Source: Candidatus Bathyarchaeota archaeon
GTDB lineage: Archaea; Thermoproteota; Bathyarchaeia; Bathyarchaeales; Bathycorpusculaceae
DNA length: 64,000 nucleotides
Direction: 5' to 3'
Assembly: GCA_963826715.1 (NCBI GenBank)
Contig: CAWGYA010000007.1
Location: 192,001 to 256,000, forward strand
The notes beneath the pieces were generated by a model. That model was not told the origin of the DNA and searched no databases. It was given only the letters and a program-made list of their open reading frames with translations. Below, piece after piece: positions 28,344 through 39,269 of this stretch (the first letter of the stretch is position 1; the number at the start of each line of letters is the position of its first letter). The position numbers and the translations under genes are program-made.

Positions 28344-29705
28344 ATGGAAGATTACTGCAGAATTATGCTAGAGGATTTTCTGAATAATTCTTTTATGACC
28401 GTTGAGGCTTTAGTGGAAAAAATATCTGTTGTTAAGGGGCAAAACATTGATCGAAAAGTAACTTTGTTTCGCTACGTCAAAGGAGAAAAAGTATCTATAC
28501 CATTTGAAGGCGACCACTTTTTTTTGCGGGGCTCAGTTGAATATACCAATCCCCAAATAACAATTGAGGAAATTCAAGGAATAGTTGCGACGAGGTTACT
28601 TGAAACCTGCAGCAATTATTTTTACGAGGCGGGATTGCATAAACCAGATAAGCGTGATGTTGACGCAATCTATGAGGCACTGCAGAAACCGACTAGCGGT
28701 TATATTGTTCCTTTTTTATTAAACACCGACGACGTAGAGGCTGATCGCTACTCGATTAATCCGCTTCGACATTCAATTGTTGAGAGCGGGCAGAGCGCCT
28801 TTCCTGTCGTTAACGTAAAAACTGGAATGTTAAAAATTGACTGTGAATACGTCAAAAAATATCTTGGAAAACTCATTTCTCAAGAAGACCTTGATCTAAT
28901 TGAGAGTGAACTCAAAGAAAGCAGCGGATCCTACATAGATCTGGTTGATTCGATTAAGTATCGTCAACTTCAAGAATTAACAGGGTTCTGTGGCATGAAT
29001 CTCTCTCTCTATACGCTACGGATGCCTCTTACAACTCTCCAGGCGGAAAGCGAGGATGGCTTGCTTCACCACATTATTAGCGAAAGTAACCGTGACTACA
29101 AATCAGTAGAAGAAGCATACACTTGCATGGGTCGCAGTATGAATAAACGCACAACACTGCTGACGGTGCCACATTCAAAGCAAGGATTCGGGTCCAAACG
29201 TGCTGCTCGAGGCAAACTCCATTTTGAAGATGGCAAATTACAAAACGTAACTGTCAAATACCAAACTACACCGCTTTATCCCAACGGAATCGACCCAAAA
29301 GATGTTTCTACAGCAGTCTGCGAAGACAACTTTGTGGTCGCAGGCGAAAAACTCTCCAATTACAACTATGCGGAGACACCATCATCTCCTCAGTTTTTCC
29401 TCTATATGATTGGATCCCCTGAGGATGCAGCAGTCTGGCATGGCGTGGGCGCTTTCGCTTCTTCACAACTTCTTCAAAGTTACTCATCTGCTCGCAACGC
29501 CTGCAAGGTCGGGACGTTAATTAGGGATTTAAGCCAGAAGTACCGTGTTAACATGGGTGTTCCATTACAATTTAATCTTGTACCCGACGGCATGTGGCGC
29601 CACCCTAAATACAACAACATAGACGCAAGTGTGGGTAGCGTTGAAAATCTTGCTGATCTAGTAAAAAGAGGCATGAGAGTTGAGTTTCTCTCTGATTTCA
29701 AGTAG
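28344..29705 (+). CDS. Hypothetical protein (453 aa)
   Basis: Long ORF tightly packed between co-oriented genes; no motif recognised. Confidence 0.7.
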   Translation: MEDYCRIMLEDFLNNSFMTVEALVEKISVVKGQNIDRKVTLFRYVKGEKVSIPFEGDHFFLRGSVEYTNPQITIEEIQGIVATRLLETCSNYFYEAGLHKPDKRDVDAIYEALQKPTSGYIVPFLLNTDDVEADRYSINPLRHSIVESGQSAFPVVNVKTGMLKIDCEYVKKYLGKLISQEDLDLIESELKESSGSYIDLVDSIKYRQLQELTGFCGMNLSLYTLRMPLTTLQAESEDGLLHHIISESNRDYKSVEEAYTCMGRSMNKRTTLLTVPHSKQGFGSKRAARGKLHFEDGKLQNVTVKYQTTPLYPNGIDPKDVSTAVCEDNFVVAGEKLSNYNYAETPSSPQFFLYMIGSPEDAAVWHGVGAFASSQLLQSYSSARNACKVGTLIRDLSQKYRVNMGVPLQFNLVPDGMWRHPKYNNIDASVGSVENLADLVKRGMRVEFLSDFK

Positions 29706-29716
29706 GAGCCATCAAT

Positions 29717-30247
29717 TTGCCTGGGCTTGAATACATTTTCTTCCGGGTTCTTAGAGTATTCCGCCGTTTGCCAATTAACCCTCTGAGTATTGGTAACCAA
29801 AAAGGTTTTTTCCTCGACTATTTCAAGGGCTTTGATAAGGTTCCTGCAGTGAGGAGGGTATTTGGTGAAAAAACTACACATATTCTCACCCACTTAAAAG
29901 TCGAGTTTACATGGCTTAACGGCTACATGTTCGTCGATGGCTCCGACGGACATCTTGTTATAAGCAAAGGCTACTTTAACAGGGGGGATAAAACTGATAT
30001 TTACCTCGACTTGATCCACGAACTTTGTCATGTAAAGCAATTTATGGCTGGACATGAACTCTTTGATCCCAGTTATGACTATGTTGACCGCCCCACAGAG
30101 ATTGAAGCGTATAAGTATGCGGTCTGTGAGGCGCGGCGGCTAGGTTTTGACAAAGAGCGAATTATGTGTTACCTTAAAACTGAATGGATGAGCAACCACG
30201 ATCTCAAAAAACTAGCTAATAATATTGACTTAGAAAAGACAGGTTAA
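29717..30247 (+). CDS. Hypothetical HExxH (zincin-like) protein
   Basis: IHELCHVKQ...EIEAY motif; start uncertain. Confidence 0.6.
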   Translation: MPGLEYIFFRVLRVFRRLPINPLSIGNQKGFFLDYFKGFDKVPAVRRVFGEKTTHILTHLKVEFTWLNGYMFVDGSDGHLVISKGYFNRGDKTDIYLDLIHELCHVKQFMAGHELFDPSYDYVDRPTEIEAYKYAVCEARRLGFDKERIMCYLKTEWMSNHDLKKLANNIDLEKTG

Positions 30248-30283
30248 AAAAGGAATAGGGGTTCTGTAATTTTGCTCTCAGTT

Positions 30284-31483
30284 TTACATCTCCAGGGCTT
30301 CTTTATAAACGCTTAACATTCTATTTGCACATAAATCCCAACTGAAATTCTCGCAAACAAACCTTCGACCCTCAGCACCCATTTTTTCCCTCAAAGACTT
30401 ATCCGAAAGAACCTTCAATAAATAAGCTGCCAATTCTTCACAATTGCCGCTTTTAACTAAAAACCCCGTTTTCCCGTCGCGAATAGTTTCACAAACTCCG
30501 CCGGTCCCAAAGCCAATTACAGGTATACCGCATGCCTGTGCTTCTAGCAAAACAATACCTTGACCTTCCTGAATCGAAGGTAAAACAAAAACGTCAGCGG
30601 ATTGGTACACACCCGCGAGTAATTTTTCTGTTAGGTTTCCTAGGAACACAAAGTTATCTACGAGACCTAATGCTTTTATTGAATCCTTAAGTTTAGCCTT
30701 AAGCGGTCCTTCACCAACAATTAGAAACTTTGTGTTGATTTGTTCTTTAACAACCTGTTTTGCTGCCTCAATAAGAAATGGCAAGCCTTTTCTTAGAATT
30801 AAGCTGCCTACAAACAGCACACAAGGCTCGGCGCCTAAGCCGAAGAGCTCTCTTGCAGTTTTTGCATCGCCAGGCTTGAATTTTTCTAGATCGACTCCGT
30901 TGGGGACAATCCGAACCTTCCCAGTGTCTATGCCATAGAAACTCTGAATCTTACTAAGGGAATATTTGCTTATAGTCACTATTAGTGATGCATCTTGGGC
31001 AGTTTGTTTTTCTAGTTTGGATAGATATGCCATAAAAGTGTTGGTCACTCGTGCCTTTAGCGATGGGTAACCGCTTAGTTTTGCTTGTTGATACTCGTCA
31101 GCTAGAACGCCATGGATGGTGTGAATGAAAGGTCTTTTGCTCCCGTTTTGCTGAAGTTTTTTGGGAAATCCATATCCGCTCACCGTGTGGGCTTCATAAA
31201 CGTCAGCTTGGATTTCACTGGCTTTTTTGGTTAGGCTACGGTTAAAAAACCAGTTGTCGAGGGGGAATACTTTATCGCTTGCATAGAGGGGAATTAATTT
31301 TATTTCTTCGATAGATATGGGTTCTTTAAAACCTGTTTTAGTGCCGCTGTAAATGGTGGTTTCTGTTTGAGTTTGTAGCCGCTTAGCAGTTTCTATGATA
31401 CGTCGCTCTACGCCTCCATAGTAAAGGTGAGGCGGCTGGGTATTGAAAACTGCTAACTGAAATTTTGTTAATATTTCCCGCAT
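30284..31483 (-). CDS. Glycosyltransferase family 4
   Basis: GGVE, HTIHG, VPNGVD, FVGSL..RKG and EGQGIVLLEAQACGIP motifs. Confidence 0.92.
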   Translation of the reverse strand: MREILTKFQLAVFNTQPPHLYYGGVERRIIETAKRLQTQTETTIYSGTKTGFKEPISIEEIKLIPLYASDKVFPLDNWFFNRSLTKKASEIQADVYEAHTVSGYGFPKKLQQNGSKRPFIHTIHGVLADEYQQAKLSGYPSLKARVTNTFMAYLSKLEKQTAQDASLIVTISKYSLSKIQSFYGIDTGKVRIVPNGVDLEKFKPGDAKTARELFGLGAEPCVLFVGSLILRKGLPFLIEAAKQVVKEQINTKFLIVGEGPLKAKLKDSIKALGLVDNFVFLGNLTEKLLAGVYQSADVFVLPSIQEGQGIVLLEAQACGIPVIGFGTGGVCETIRDGKTGFLVKSGNCEELAAYLLKVLSDKSLREKMGAEGRRFVCENFSWDLCANRMLSVYKEALEM

Positions 31484-31784
31484 TAAGTGTCTGCTTGTAT
31501 GTTATGAATTTAAAAATATAAACTCTGCACTCGGCTTAGAATAAAATTCGAATTTGGTTGAATTACTTCCTTAGTTGTACTTCTTTTGACTTTTAGTTTA
31601 TTTTTTAGTCGACAATAGAAGGAATTCAAAAATTATTATACTCAGTTTTAGAGAAAATTCATTTTTTTCAAAAATTTTCAAAGGAATCTTGAAAATAGTT
31701 TTTCTATTTTTCTCAACAATTGGTTTTTTTTTAACTCTGTTAATTATAATACTTCTTTTTTAAACAAAAGAAAAAATAGTGAGA

Positions 31785-32765
31785 TTATCTCACATAGTCG
31801 TCGAATGTCCAGAAGTGTTCTTCTTCTTGGACTATGATGTCTTCGAACATGCGCCTTGTAGTTGTGTCACCGAGCTCAAGGGCTTTAGCGATGATTTTTC
31901 GGTAAAGGGTAATTGTGTCACTTTCGAGTTTGTGGTCAAGCGCAAGAAAGTCCTGGGCAGTTTCACCTACAACTGGCAGAGTTTCTGGCTTTGTTACTGC
32001 TTCACCTTCAAGAAGGTAAATTCGTTCACTGATTTTTTCTAGATGATCCATTTCCTGCATGAATATTGGTTTGAGGAGTTTGCTTATGACCTCAGCTTTG
32101 TTGGTTTCGGTTACTGCTTCAAGGGCTGAGTTTTTCTTTCGTAGTTCTAAGAAAGCGGCTTTTTCGTGCTGGGTGATGTATTGGACGATGCCTGTGATTT
32201 CCGCTGAGACTGCCTTGTTTAGTAGAGCGAAGTAGTCTTCGGTGTAGATTTTGCGCCACTCTGGTACAGATGTCGAGGAGTATTCATCTTTTTCATTTTG
32301 GAAGCTGGTGTATTCTTGGAATTTGAAGAGGTGACTTTCTTCTTCCTTGTAAATTTTCTCGAAGAGCTCTCGGGTTTTCCAATCACCAATCTGTCCTGCA
32401 GTGAGGATAATTTCCCTGTAAAGAGTAAGAGCTTCTTCTTCGGCCGCTACTCCTAGCTGAGCGAATTCACTGATGCTGTTACCGATGACAGGTTTGCCTC
32501 CTTTTGTAGTGGCTTGACCGCCGAGATAGTAGATGCGTTCCATTATGTCTGCGGCATGCTTCATCTCTTGGATTGCGATGTCTCGGAGGAATTTGCCGAC
32601 TGCGTCATATGTGGTTTTGTCTAAAAGAATATTCTCAGGAATGGTTTTGCGAATGAGCTTCTCCATTTTTCCATGTTGAAGAATATATTGGACTGATACT
32701 GCTAGTTCCCGTTCAACAGCTTTGTTTAAGAGATCTACATACTCTGTTGTTATTTTAACAGTCAT
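31785..32765 (-). CDS. Tandem double ferritin-like (bacterioferritin-like) protein
   Basis: Two repeats, each with E..QY..QH, QEMxH..ERIY.L.G, E...LY and EExH motifs. Confidence 0.85.
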   Translation of the reverse strand: MTVKITTEYVDLLNKAVERELAVSVQYILQHGKMEKLIRKTIPENILLDKTTYDAVGKFLRDIAIQEMKHAADIMERIYYLGGQATTKGGKPVIGNSISEFAQLGVAAEEEALTLYREIILTAGQIGDWKTRELFEKIYKEEESHLFKFQEYTSFQNEKDEYSSTSVPEWRKIYTEDYFALLNKAVSAEITGIVQYITQHEKAAFLELRKKNSALEAVTETNKAEVISKLLKPIFMQEMDHLEKISERIYLLEGEAVTKPETLPVVGETAQDFLALDHKLESDTITLYRKIIAKALELGDTTTRRMFEDIIVQEEEHFWTFDDYVR

Positions 32766-32961
32766 AAATATCACAATGTCTAAGCTCAAAGAGCCATCTC
32801 TGAGATATAAAATTTTTTGTAAACCAATATAGCTTGCGATGACATATTGTAGAACAATAAGTTAAACGCTGTTTTTCAAATAAAGGTTAGTTTTTGAGAT
32901 TTAGAGTAAAAAGATTTTTGCTCAACCAATTAATGAGAGTTAAAAATTCGAAGAGGAAAAA

Positions 32962-33390
32962 TTATTTCCAGTGACCTTGTGACCAACGGTAATAGCTAGT
33001 CGGTGTAATTTTGATAATTGGCAAGTCACCTTCTTTCCATCCGCCTTCTTCAGTTTGGTACTCTGGGAATTTCTCCTTCAGCAAATCATGTGCATATCGG
33101 TACTCTTCCCCGTTCCAAAGCAGTTCTGCTTCACCTTGAATGCGAATACCTTTGATGTTGGACCAATTACTTTTGTCGTAGTCGTCAATCACCAATGATA
33201 TTTGAGGATTTGCTTCTATATGCTCTAGTTTAGGAGTGTCAGGATCGGATGCTATATAGAAATAGACGCCATCAAAGACAGGCCAAACCGGTCTCACTAC
33301 GGGTTCACAGTCTTCAGTCGCTGTTGCTAATCGTCCAACTGGCAATTTATTAATAAATGCTTTATCAGATTTTGATAGTTTAATTCCCAT
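32962..33390 (-). CDS. Pyridoxamine 5'-phosphate oxidase (PPOX/F420-binding) family protein
   Basis: VGRLAT, PVVRPVW and KLEHIEANPQISLVIDDY motifs. Confidence 0.8.
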   Translation of the reverse strand: MGIKLSKSDKAFINKLPVGRLATATEDCEPVVRPVWPVFDGVYFYIASDPDTPKLEHIEANPQISLVIDDYDKSNWSNIKGIRIQGEAELLWNGEEYRYAHDLLKEKFPEYQTEEGGWKEGDLPIIKITPTSYYRWSQGHWK

Positions 33391-33647
33391 TTGATCACCA
33401 ATAAAGGCGCAGGAAACCTGCACTGAATACTTAATTTGTCTCCCTTTTAAAACTTAATGCTCTATGAAACAAAAAAGAATTTAGACCACTCATCCCGGAC
33501 TTAAATCTTAGGAAACCTGCTGAAAACTGGAAAAGCCAGGTCGCTATTGAGAAGGGGTTATGATTAATTGTTAGAATCGTTAGTTCAGATTTCTGCTTCA
33601 TAAGAGATTAATAAACAAACAGCAGTTTCACAGTGAAGAGGAAGCAT

Positions 33648-33869
33648 ATGAAAGACTCAAAAGGTATAAATAAAAAGACTCTCAAAGCAAAAATGGCTGT
33701 AGCCCTAAATGATAACATTTCAACACTATCTTCTGAAATGCGCAATATCCTTGTAGATGATTTAATTTGCGCTTTTGAAAACAGACTAAAAATATTATCA
33801 AAAGCAGACTCTAACGTTAATCTCTCAGTGAATATTGAAGATATAGAGATTGTCAATCCAGCGCTCTAA
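33648..33869 (+). CDS. Small hypothetical protein
   Basis: 73-aa ORF with GAGG upstream; no recognised domain. Confidence 0.5.
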   Translation: MKDSKGINKKTLKAKMAVALNDNISTLSSEMRNILVDDLICAFENRLKILSKADSNVNLSVNIEDIEIVNPAL

Positions 33870-34355
33870 GGAAAAAATATTTAGATTTAATATCCTTAGC
33901 AAAATAGGCTTTAACTAGAGAATCAATTAAAGCTCAAAAGCAGAACGGTACGAGTCATTCTTGAATTTTTAGTTTCAATAAAATAATATGATTTTAATTT
34001 TAAAATAAAGTTTTTATTTACTTAAATACTCAAAGTAATTTTTTTTTACTCACCACTATTTCATTTCTTTCTCGAAGTTTTGATTATCAGTCAAATTTTC
34101 TTCTTAACAAGCACTTATGACAATGAACTTTTTTAAAAATGGGTTGCGAAATAAAGATTATTTACAACAGTTTTTAATCAAAAGTATTTAATTATTCAAC
34201 TGCAAAAAATCTAAAACAAAATAACATTAGGTTCTTGAATTTTTTAGTACAAAAATAAACAACAGAATTGTATCATTATGCGATAAATAAAATTGTGTAT
34301 TTTGAATTCATAAAAGTCATATGCTAATTTTTAATAAATATTAATTTGATTAAAA

Positions 34356-34547
34356 TTGACACATTGTCCTAACTGCGGGAAAGAAGTAACCAAATCAACA
34401 AGAGCCCTGAAGAATCAATGTTTTACTATAGAGATATATGACTGCAAAGAATGCCACCACAACTTCAAAGTTACAATTAATCAAGCACCATACATCTTTG
34501 AAACCTTCTTCACAAATTCACAGTCCCAAAAAATGGTTGCGGAATGA
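34356..34547 (+). CDS. Small zinc-ribbon protein
   Basis: CPNCG...CKEC, 63 aa. Confidence 0.6.
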   Translation: MTHCPNCGKEVTKSTRALKNQCFTIEIYDCKECHHNFKVTINQAPYIFETFFTNSQSQKMVAE

Positions 34548-34856
34548 TCGAGTTTGTAATTTTGTCGCGAGCACGCCGGACAGGCAAATGATTATGTCTA
34601 ACATAGATTCTATTTATCTATTACAATTAGCTGCCAATTCATTTGCAACAACTCACCCTGTATAATTTTATGGCACTTTCAAGAAAAAATAATTTTTTTC
34701 TGTATAATTATGACCCGATAGTTTATTTGTAAAGGAAGCTGGGAAAACTTTAATTAAAGAATGTCTTAATGAATCTGCAGAAGCTGTCAACTAGGTGTTA
34801 AGAAATATGGGACACCTGATAATAGCTAAAACAGGCTTGGAATTAAAAATATTATT

Positions 34857-35795
34857 GTGCGGGATTCCCCAAGCCTGGTATGGGGCAGGCCTGCTAAGTC
34901 TGTGGTCGAAAGGCCGCGTGGGTTCAATTCCCACATCCCGCGCCACAACTCCAACACACCGTTTATTGATTTTTTGAACCATAGCTTACGAGAAGTAACC
35001 GTTAAAACCTACATTAAACGCCTTCAATTACTATCTAAGATAGGCAATTTGGATAATCCAGAGCAAATAAAAACCTTAATTTGTACTTACCAAGCGACTG
35101 AATCTTTTAAGGAACTATTAACGAACAGCTACGATTACTATGTAAGATTTATTGGTAAAACCTGGGTGAAACCACGTTTTACCCGTGAAGACAAACCGTT
35201 CTTTTTGCCAACTGAAACAGAGATAGACCAGCTAATTTCTAGAAGTTACTTTAAGATGTCAGTGTTTCTACAACTTCTAAGGGAAACAGGCGCGGATAGC
35301 GGGGAAGCATGGAAACTCCGTTGGATTGAACTTAACCCTATCGAAAACACGATTTCATTAACTCCGACTAATAACCATAATGCAAGAACCGTTAAGATAA
35401 GCGCTCATTTAACAGGTAGGCTTTTACAGTTGCCTCGTAAGAATGAAAGGGTTTTTGGTTGCAAAGAATTAGATGACTTTCGTCGACGCTATGAAGATAT
35501 GAAGAATAGTTTATCTGTGAAATTGCAAAATCCCCGTTTAAAAGAAACCGCTTTTCGAAGCTTTCGACACTGGAAAGCAACAACTGAATACAGGAAAACA
35601 AAGGATATTCTTTACGTTAAATGGTTGCTAGGTCATAAACGAATTGAGAATACACTTGTTTATACTCACTTGGTTCCGTTGGAAAACTCTAATTATGTTT
35701 GTAAGGTTGCTAAAACACTTGAGGAAGCTACTTTATTGATTGAGGAAGGCTTCGAATTTGTAACTGAGATGGATGAGGTTAAATTGTTAAAGTAA
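34857..35795 (+). pseudogene. Tyrosine-recombinase C-terminal fragment in frame with tRNA-Ser; catalytic residues degenerate
   Basis: Paralog of the 3-1109 integrase (LPTE.EI, FLQLL.ETG, RHWKATTEY.KTKDIL, LGH..I.NTL.YT), but with ETGAD, TNN and FRSFR at catalytic positions. No Met start outside the tRNA before the core domain. Confidence 0.75.
34859..34945 (+). tRNA. tRNA-Ser(GCT)
   Basis: Acceptor stem GCGGGAT/ATCCCGC, G73, encoded CCA; anticodon arm CAGGC-CTGCTAA-GTCTG; long variable arm; T arm GTGGG-TTCAATT-CCCAC. Confidence 0.93.
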
Positions 35796-36511
35796 AATTT
35801 GTTTTTTAAGTATTTAGCTTTTAGAAGTTTCAAATCCAACTGAATGCAAAATCTAATAAACAAAAAGCAGAGATAGCAAACATAATCATGATTCATAAAA
35901 CCATGTTAATATAGTCTTAACAAAGGGTTTTCGAGTCCTTTAGCGGTTAATTGTACAATTTCAATTGGTAATGTTGAAAGCCCTTTTCGAAGCTCATTTT
36001 ATTCTTCATAGAAAAAGTTCCAACCATTCAAGAGATTGCGCTTGTTAGCTTTTTTATTCCAGTCACCGCTAAAATGGTCAAATATAATTAAGGTTCTATC
36101 GGGGATTTCTTTGTGGGCACAACATCAAAAAGCTTTTCGTGCGTGAACCTTTGAATTTCTGTTCTTGCAGTACTGCAAGTGAACCAATTCAAAGCAAACT
36201 TGAATTCGCAAAGAAGGATTTTTTCATCATCTAACTCTAAAACTGAATCAACTATTATATTTTTTAGTGAATAAAACTCCTTTAGACCCAAAGATTGCTT
36301 ATTTTCAACAAAATTTAAGGCCTTATTCTCAAGGTCTGCTATTTTAATTCGAATTCTTTTTATACCCGAATGTTAGATGAAGATACGATTATTCCTGCTC
36401 TTCTTTTTCGTACTTCAGGCTTTGTTTTTTTTATGAATAATTCTTCTATTTTCATTCTAATTAATTCCTTGCTGGCTGAACTAATGACACCTACAATTAG
36501 GGGCAAATAAG

Positions 36512-36624
36512 TTACTTTTTCTTACGTGTCTTTCCGGCGTCTTTACGTTTTTTTCTCCAAGACCCATCTTTGTTACGTTCTCGTTCTTTCTCCCATTTCC
36601 CTTTTTTATTTTAGGTGTTGTCAT
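36512..36624 (-). pseudogene. Small very basic peptide, frameshifted
   Basis: MTTPKIK, then a shift in an A-run to KGKWEKERERNKDGSWRKKRKDAGKTRKKK*. Confidence 0.4.
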
Positions 36625-36783
36625 TCATATTCCTCAAGGAAACTTAAGTGACGAATTTGGAAAACTTGAAAAATCTGGCTTTTTTTGATGTTCTTTTTTT
36701 TTAACTTGCCTCACGTAGAGTTTTGTAATCTTTTCTAAAAGACCCTTTCTTTTTTTGATAAGAGGGTGATTTTAAGTCTCGTT

Positions 36784-36975
36784 TTATTTCATGTAAATTT
36801 GAAGGACAATCTGACAAACGAATCTAACAGTTTTTTCAGTTGGAGATATAGAAGGACTCCTCGTATGGTGGAATATTCCTCTAGTTCCTGTACCCCTACT
36901 TCCCCACTTTAAATTTTTATTACAATTTCTACTTTCACATTGACCTTGTGCTCGTTCAAAAACTGCCTTCTTCAT
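36784..36975 (-). pseudogene. HNH-endonuclease-like fragment
   Basis: AVFERAQGQCE...C...HH...VC pattern with a degenerate C-terminus. Confidence 0.45.
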
Positions 36976-37163
36976 TTATGCGCATATTGTTCTTCTACTT
37001 CACTGGAGTTCAAATGGATTCTTAGCGCTAAACATATCGAACCCTCTATTACTTAATTTACTCAGTTTCTTTTTAAACTGGTTAATTACTAATAAGTTCG
37101 ATTATTCAGGAACAAGTTGGTTAAATACTTTAAAAATAGTGTTTCCTGTTAGAAGGTTCTATC

Positions 37164-37873
37164 TTGGCGAAAATAGACAAAAAGTACACTGCAATAATAG
37201 CTATGATCTGCATTATTTTGCTAGTAGTCATTTTGATTTGGTTTCAAATAAGCCCAAGAGACTTAACACCTAACCTAAACAAACTCGACGTAACAAATCT
37301 AAGAATAGAACCTTTCAGTGACTGGAAGAGTTCACAACTCTTTTTTACGGTAACTAATGTCTACGATTCACCTATAACAGTAATAGGTTCACGCCTAAAT
37401 GGAGTTAATTTTCATTATATAGATTTTGAGTTACCTCCAGGACAAACAAAAGACGGAAACATTATCCTCAACGGTCTAAACATCCAAAATTCATCAAGCT
37501 ATCATGTCAAATTAGCATTTACTGCATGAGGATGGACAATATTCGAGTTACTCTCAAACAATTACCCACAAAAAATATAGCCCTGGCTTTTAATCATGGA
37601 TGCAAACGAACCATTAAAGATTCTAACTCCGTTGTTTACGTCGTTGAGCTGCAAAACACTGGAAATATTCCTATGGTGAGTGCTAAAATTTTGATTGATA
37701 ATTATCAAGTCTCTTTGTCACTAGAAAAATGGTTGCAACCAAAAGACAAGATAACTTTAGACACATCAATTTCTTTGCCTTTCCAAAAAGGAACCTCTTG
37801 GAATATTGAGTTAGAGGCAACATATGCAGAGGGAAGCACTTTTTCCGCTACTAACATCTTCACTTTTCAATAA
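37164..37873 (+). pseudogene. Membrane-anchored beta-sandwich (Ig-like) protein, split by frameshifts
   Basis: N-terminal TM; two overlapping ORFs with similar TVTN/ELQNTG beta-strand patterns; reading frame breaks near 37525-37590. Confidence 0.5.
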
Positions 37874-37971
37874 TCAAAAAGCGTTTTTTGCAATTTTATA
37901 GAAAGGGCAGTGAATTGTTTTGGTAAGGTTAACAAAAAATAAATAAGTGAAACGGAGCAACTAAACAACAC

Positions 37972-38322
37972 ATGTTTGATATACCGCTATCCAATCAATC
38001 GCAGAATGAAGGAGAATATCTAGGCGGACACATTCAACATCAAAGCGGGATTCGAATATTAATGAAGTTTGAGAATTCAAAAATTGATATTTTTCAATAT
38101 AATCCCGAAAAAAACCATAGTTCTGAATTAGTGAGTAATAGACCGTGTATTTCTATACTCTATGATAAGTTTGTAGGTGCTCAAGTCATCGGTCAAGAAA
38201 AGCTCAATACGCTACATTTACTTGTATATGGTTCTCTTGTAGCTCTATTAACCAAAAAGAATGAGTTGTTTTTACAATTAATTTTCAAGGATGATATTGG
38301 GTTAGAGCAGAATTTAATCTAG
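37972..38322 (+). CDS. Hypothetical protein (possibly truncated)
   Basis: 116-aa ORF with GGAG upstream. Confidence 0.45.
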   Translation: MFDIPLSNQSQNEGEYLGGHIQHQSGIRILMKFENSKIDIFQYNPEKNHSSELVSNRPCISILYDKFVGAQVIGQEKLNTLHLLVYGSLVALLTKKNELFLQLIFKDDIGLEQNLI

Positions 38323-38591
38323 ATTCAAGGACAATAATGTTGTCCAATCGACGATATTAAATAGAGTCACTAAGAGTAGGCAGAAAATTTAAGTTCCATA
38401 GGTAAAGACTGGTAAAGTCACAGGATTAACCCCTTCCGGTTTATGATTGCTTTTAGTATTAAAATTTTTTAGGAAATTAAGTTAATCTATACCAATTTTT
38501 CCGCGTTTTTTAGTTTAGAGTCGTCAGTAAGTTTGAAAGGGAACACTAACATATTGTATTTGTTAGGGGTTTGAATGGTCTTTAAAATTGA

Positions 38592-39033
38592 ATGCGATTT
38601 CCAAGGATCGCAACTGCCCTTCTGTTATCAGCTAATTATGAGGCAAAGGAAGTTAGAAAAATTAATTGCAACAACGATAACGAGCAAGCATGTTGTTACC
38701 TCTGTTCACGCTATCAAGGCTGCGAAATAAGCTGCAATTTCCTAGGTGAAAACAAAAACGCGCCACAAAAAAACAACTTGGTAGAAAATTTTGAGGATAA
38801 TAAAATCCGGATTCTGAGATGTTCTTTGTGCAATTCTAAAATGCTTAACACAAAAATGAACTTGCGCGCTGGAGGTTGGGAAGGGTTTACAAAGGGTTTC
38901 GTTTGGAATAGGTGAGTTTGGAGAAATATCTGAAGAACTGCTTCCAGTAATTGTTTATGTTTGTCCTAAATGTGGCAAATTGGAATTTATGGCGCAAGAG
39001 AAAACAAAACAAAAGATCATCAGTAGACTCTGA
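38592..39033 (+). pseudogene. Cys-rich zinc-ribbon protein, frameshifted
   Basis: CCYLC, CSLC...GGW, continuing in the +1 frame as GIGEFGEISEELLPVIVYVCPKCGKLEF to TGA 39033. Confidence 0.55.
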
Positions 39034-39269
39034 GTGGTGGAACAGTTTTCTTTTCTGTCAAGGTTGATTATTTCCCATTTGTTGTGCCAACTCTGACTTT
39101 TCTTTTAGAAGATGATTTCTTAATGTCGGTAAAATGTAAGTATCAAAAAACATATCCCAACTTTCTAGAGTGAAAGTGTCGCATTGCGTCTTAAAATATT
39201 CATCAACTAAATCAGATGCGTTATAGTCGTTAATTTCTTCTCTTCCACTGGCTCTGGTTTAAGCTTTGG

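Noticed and set aside
33870-34355. Replication origin in the long AT-rich intergenic region
   Set aside because: No ORB-like repeats seen and no cdc6/orc1 nearby.
34859-34945. tRNA-Sec, suggested by the long variable arm and selD in the window
   Set aside because: The anticodon is GCT and the acceptor stem is a standard 7 bp, so it is tRNA-Ser.
38885-38915. Programmed -1 frameshift at G GGT TTC
   Set aside because: The -1 frame hits TAG within a few codons. The coding continuation is in the +1 frame, which fits an indel.
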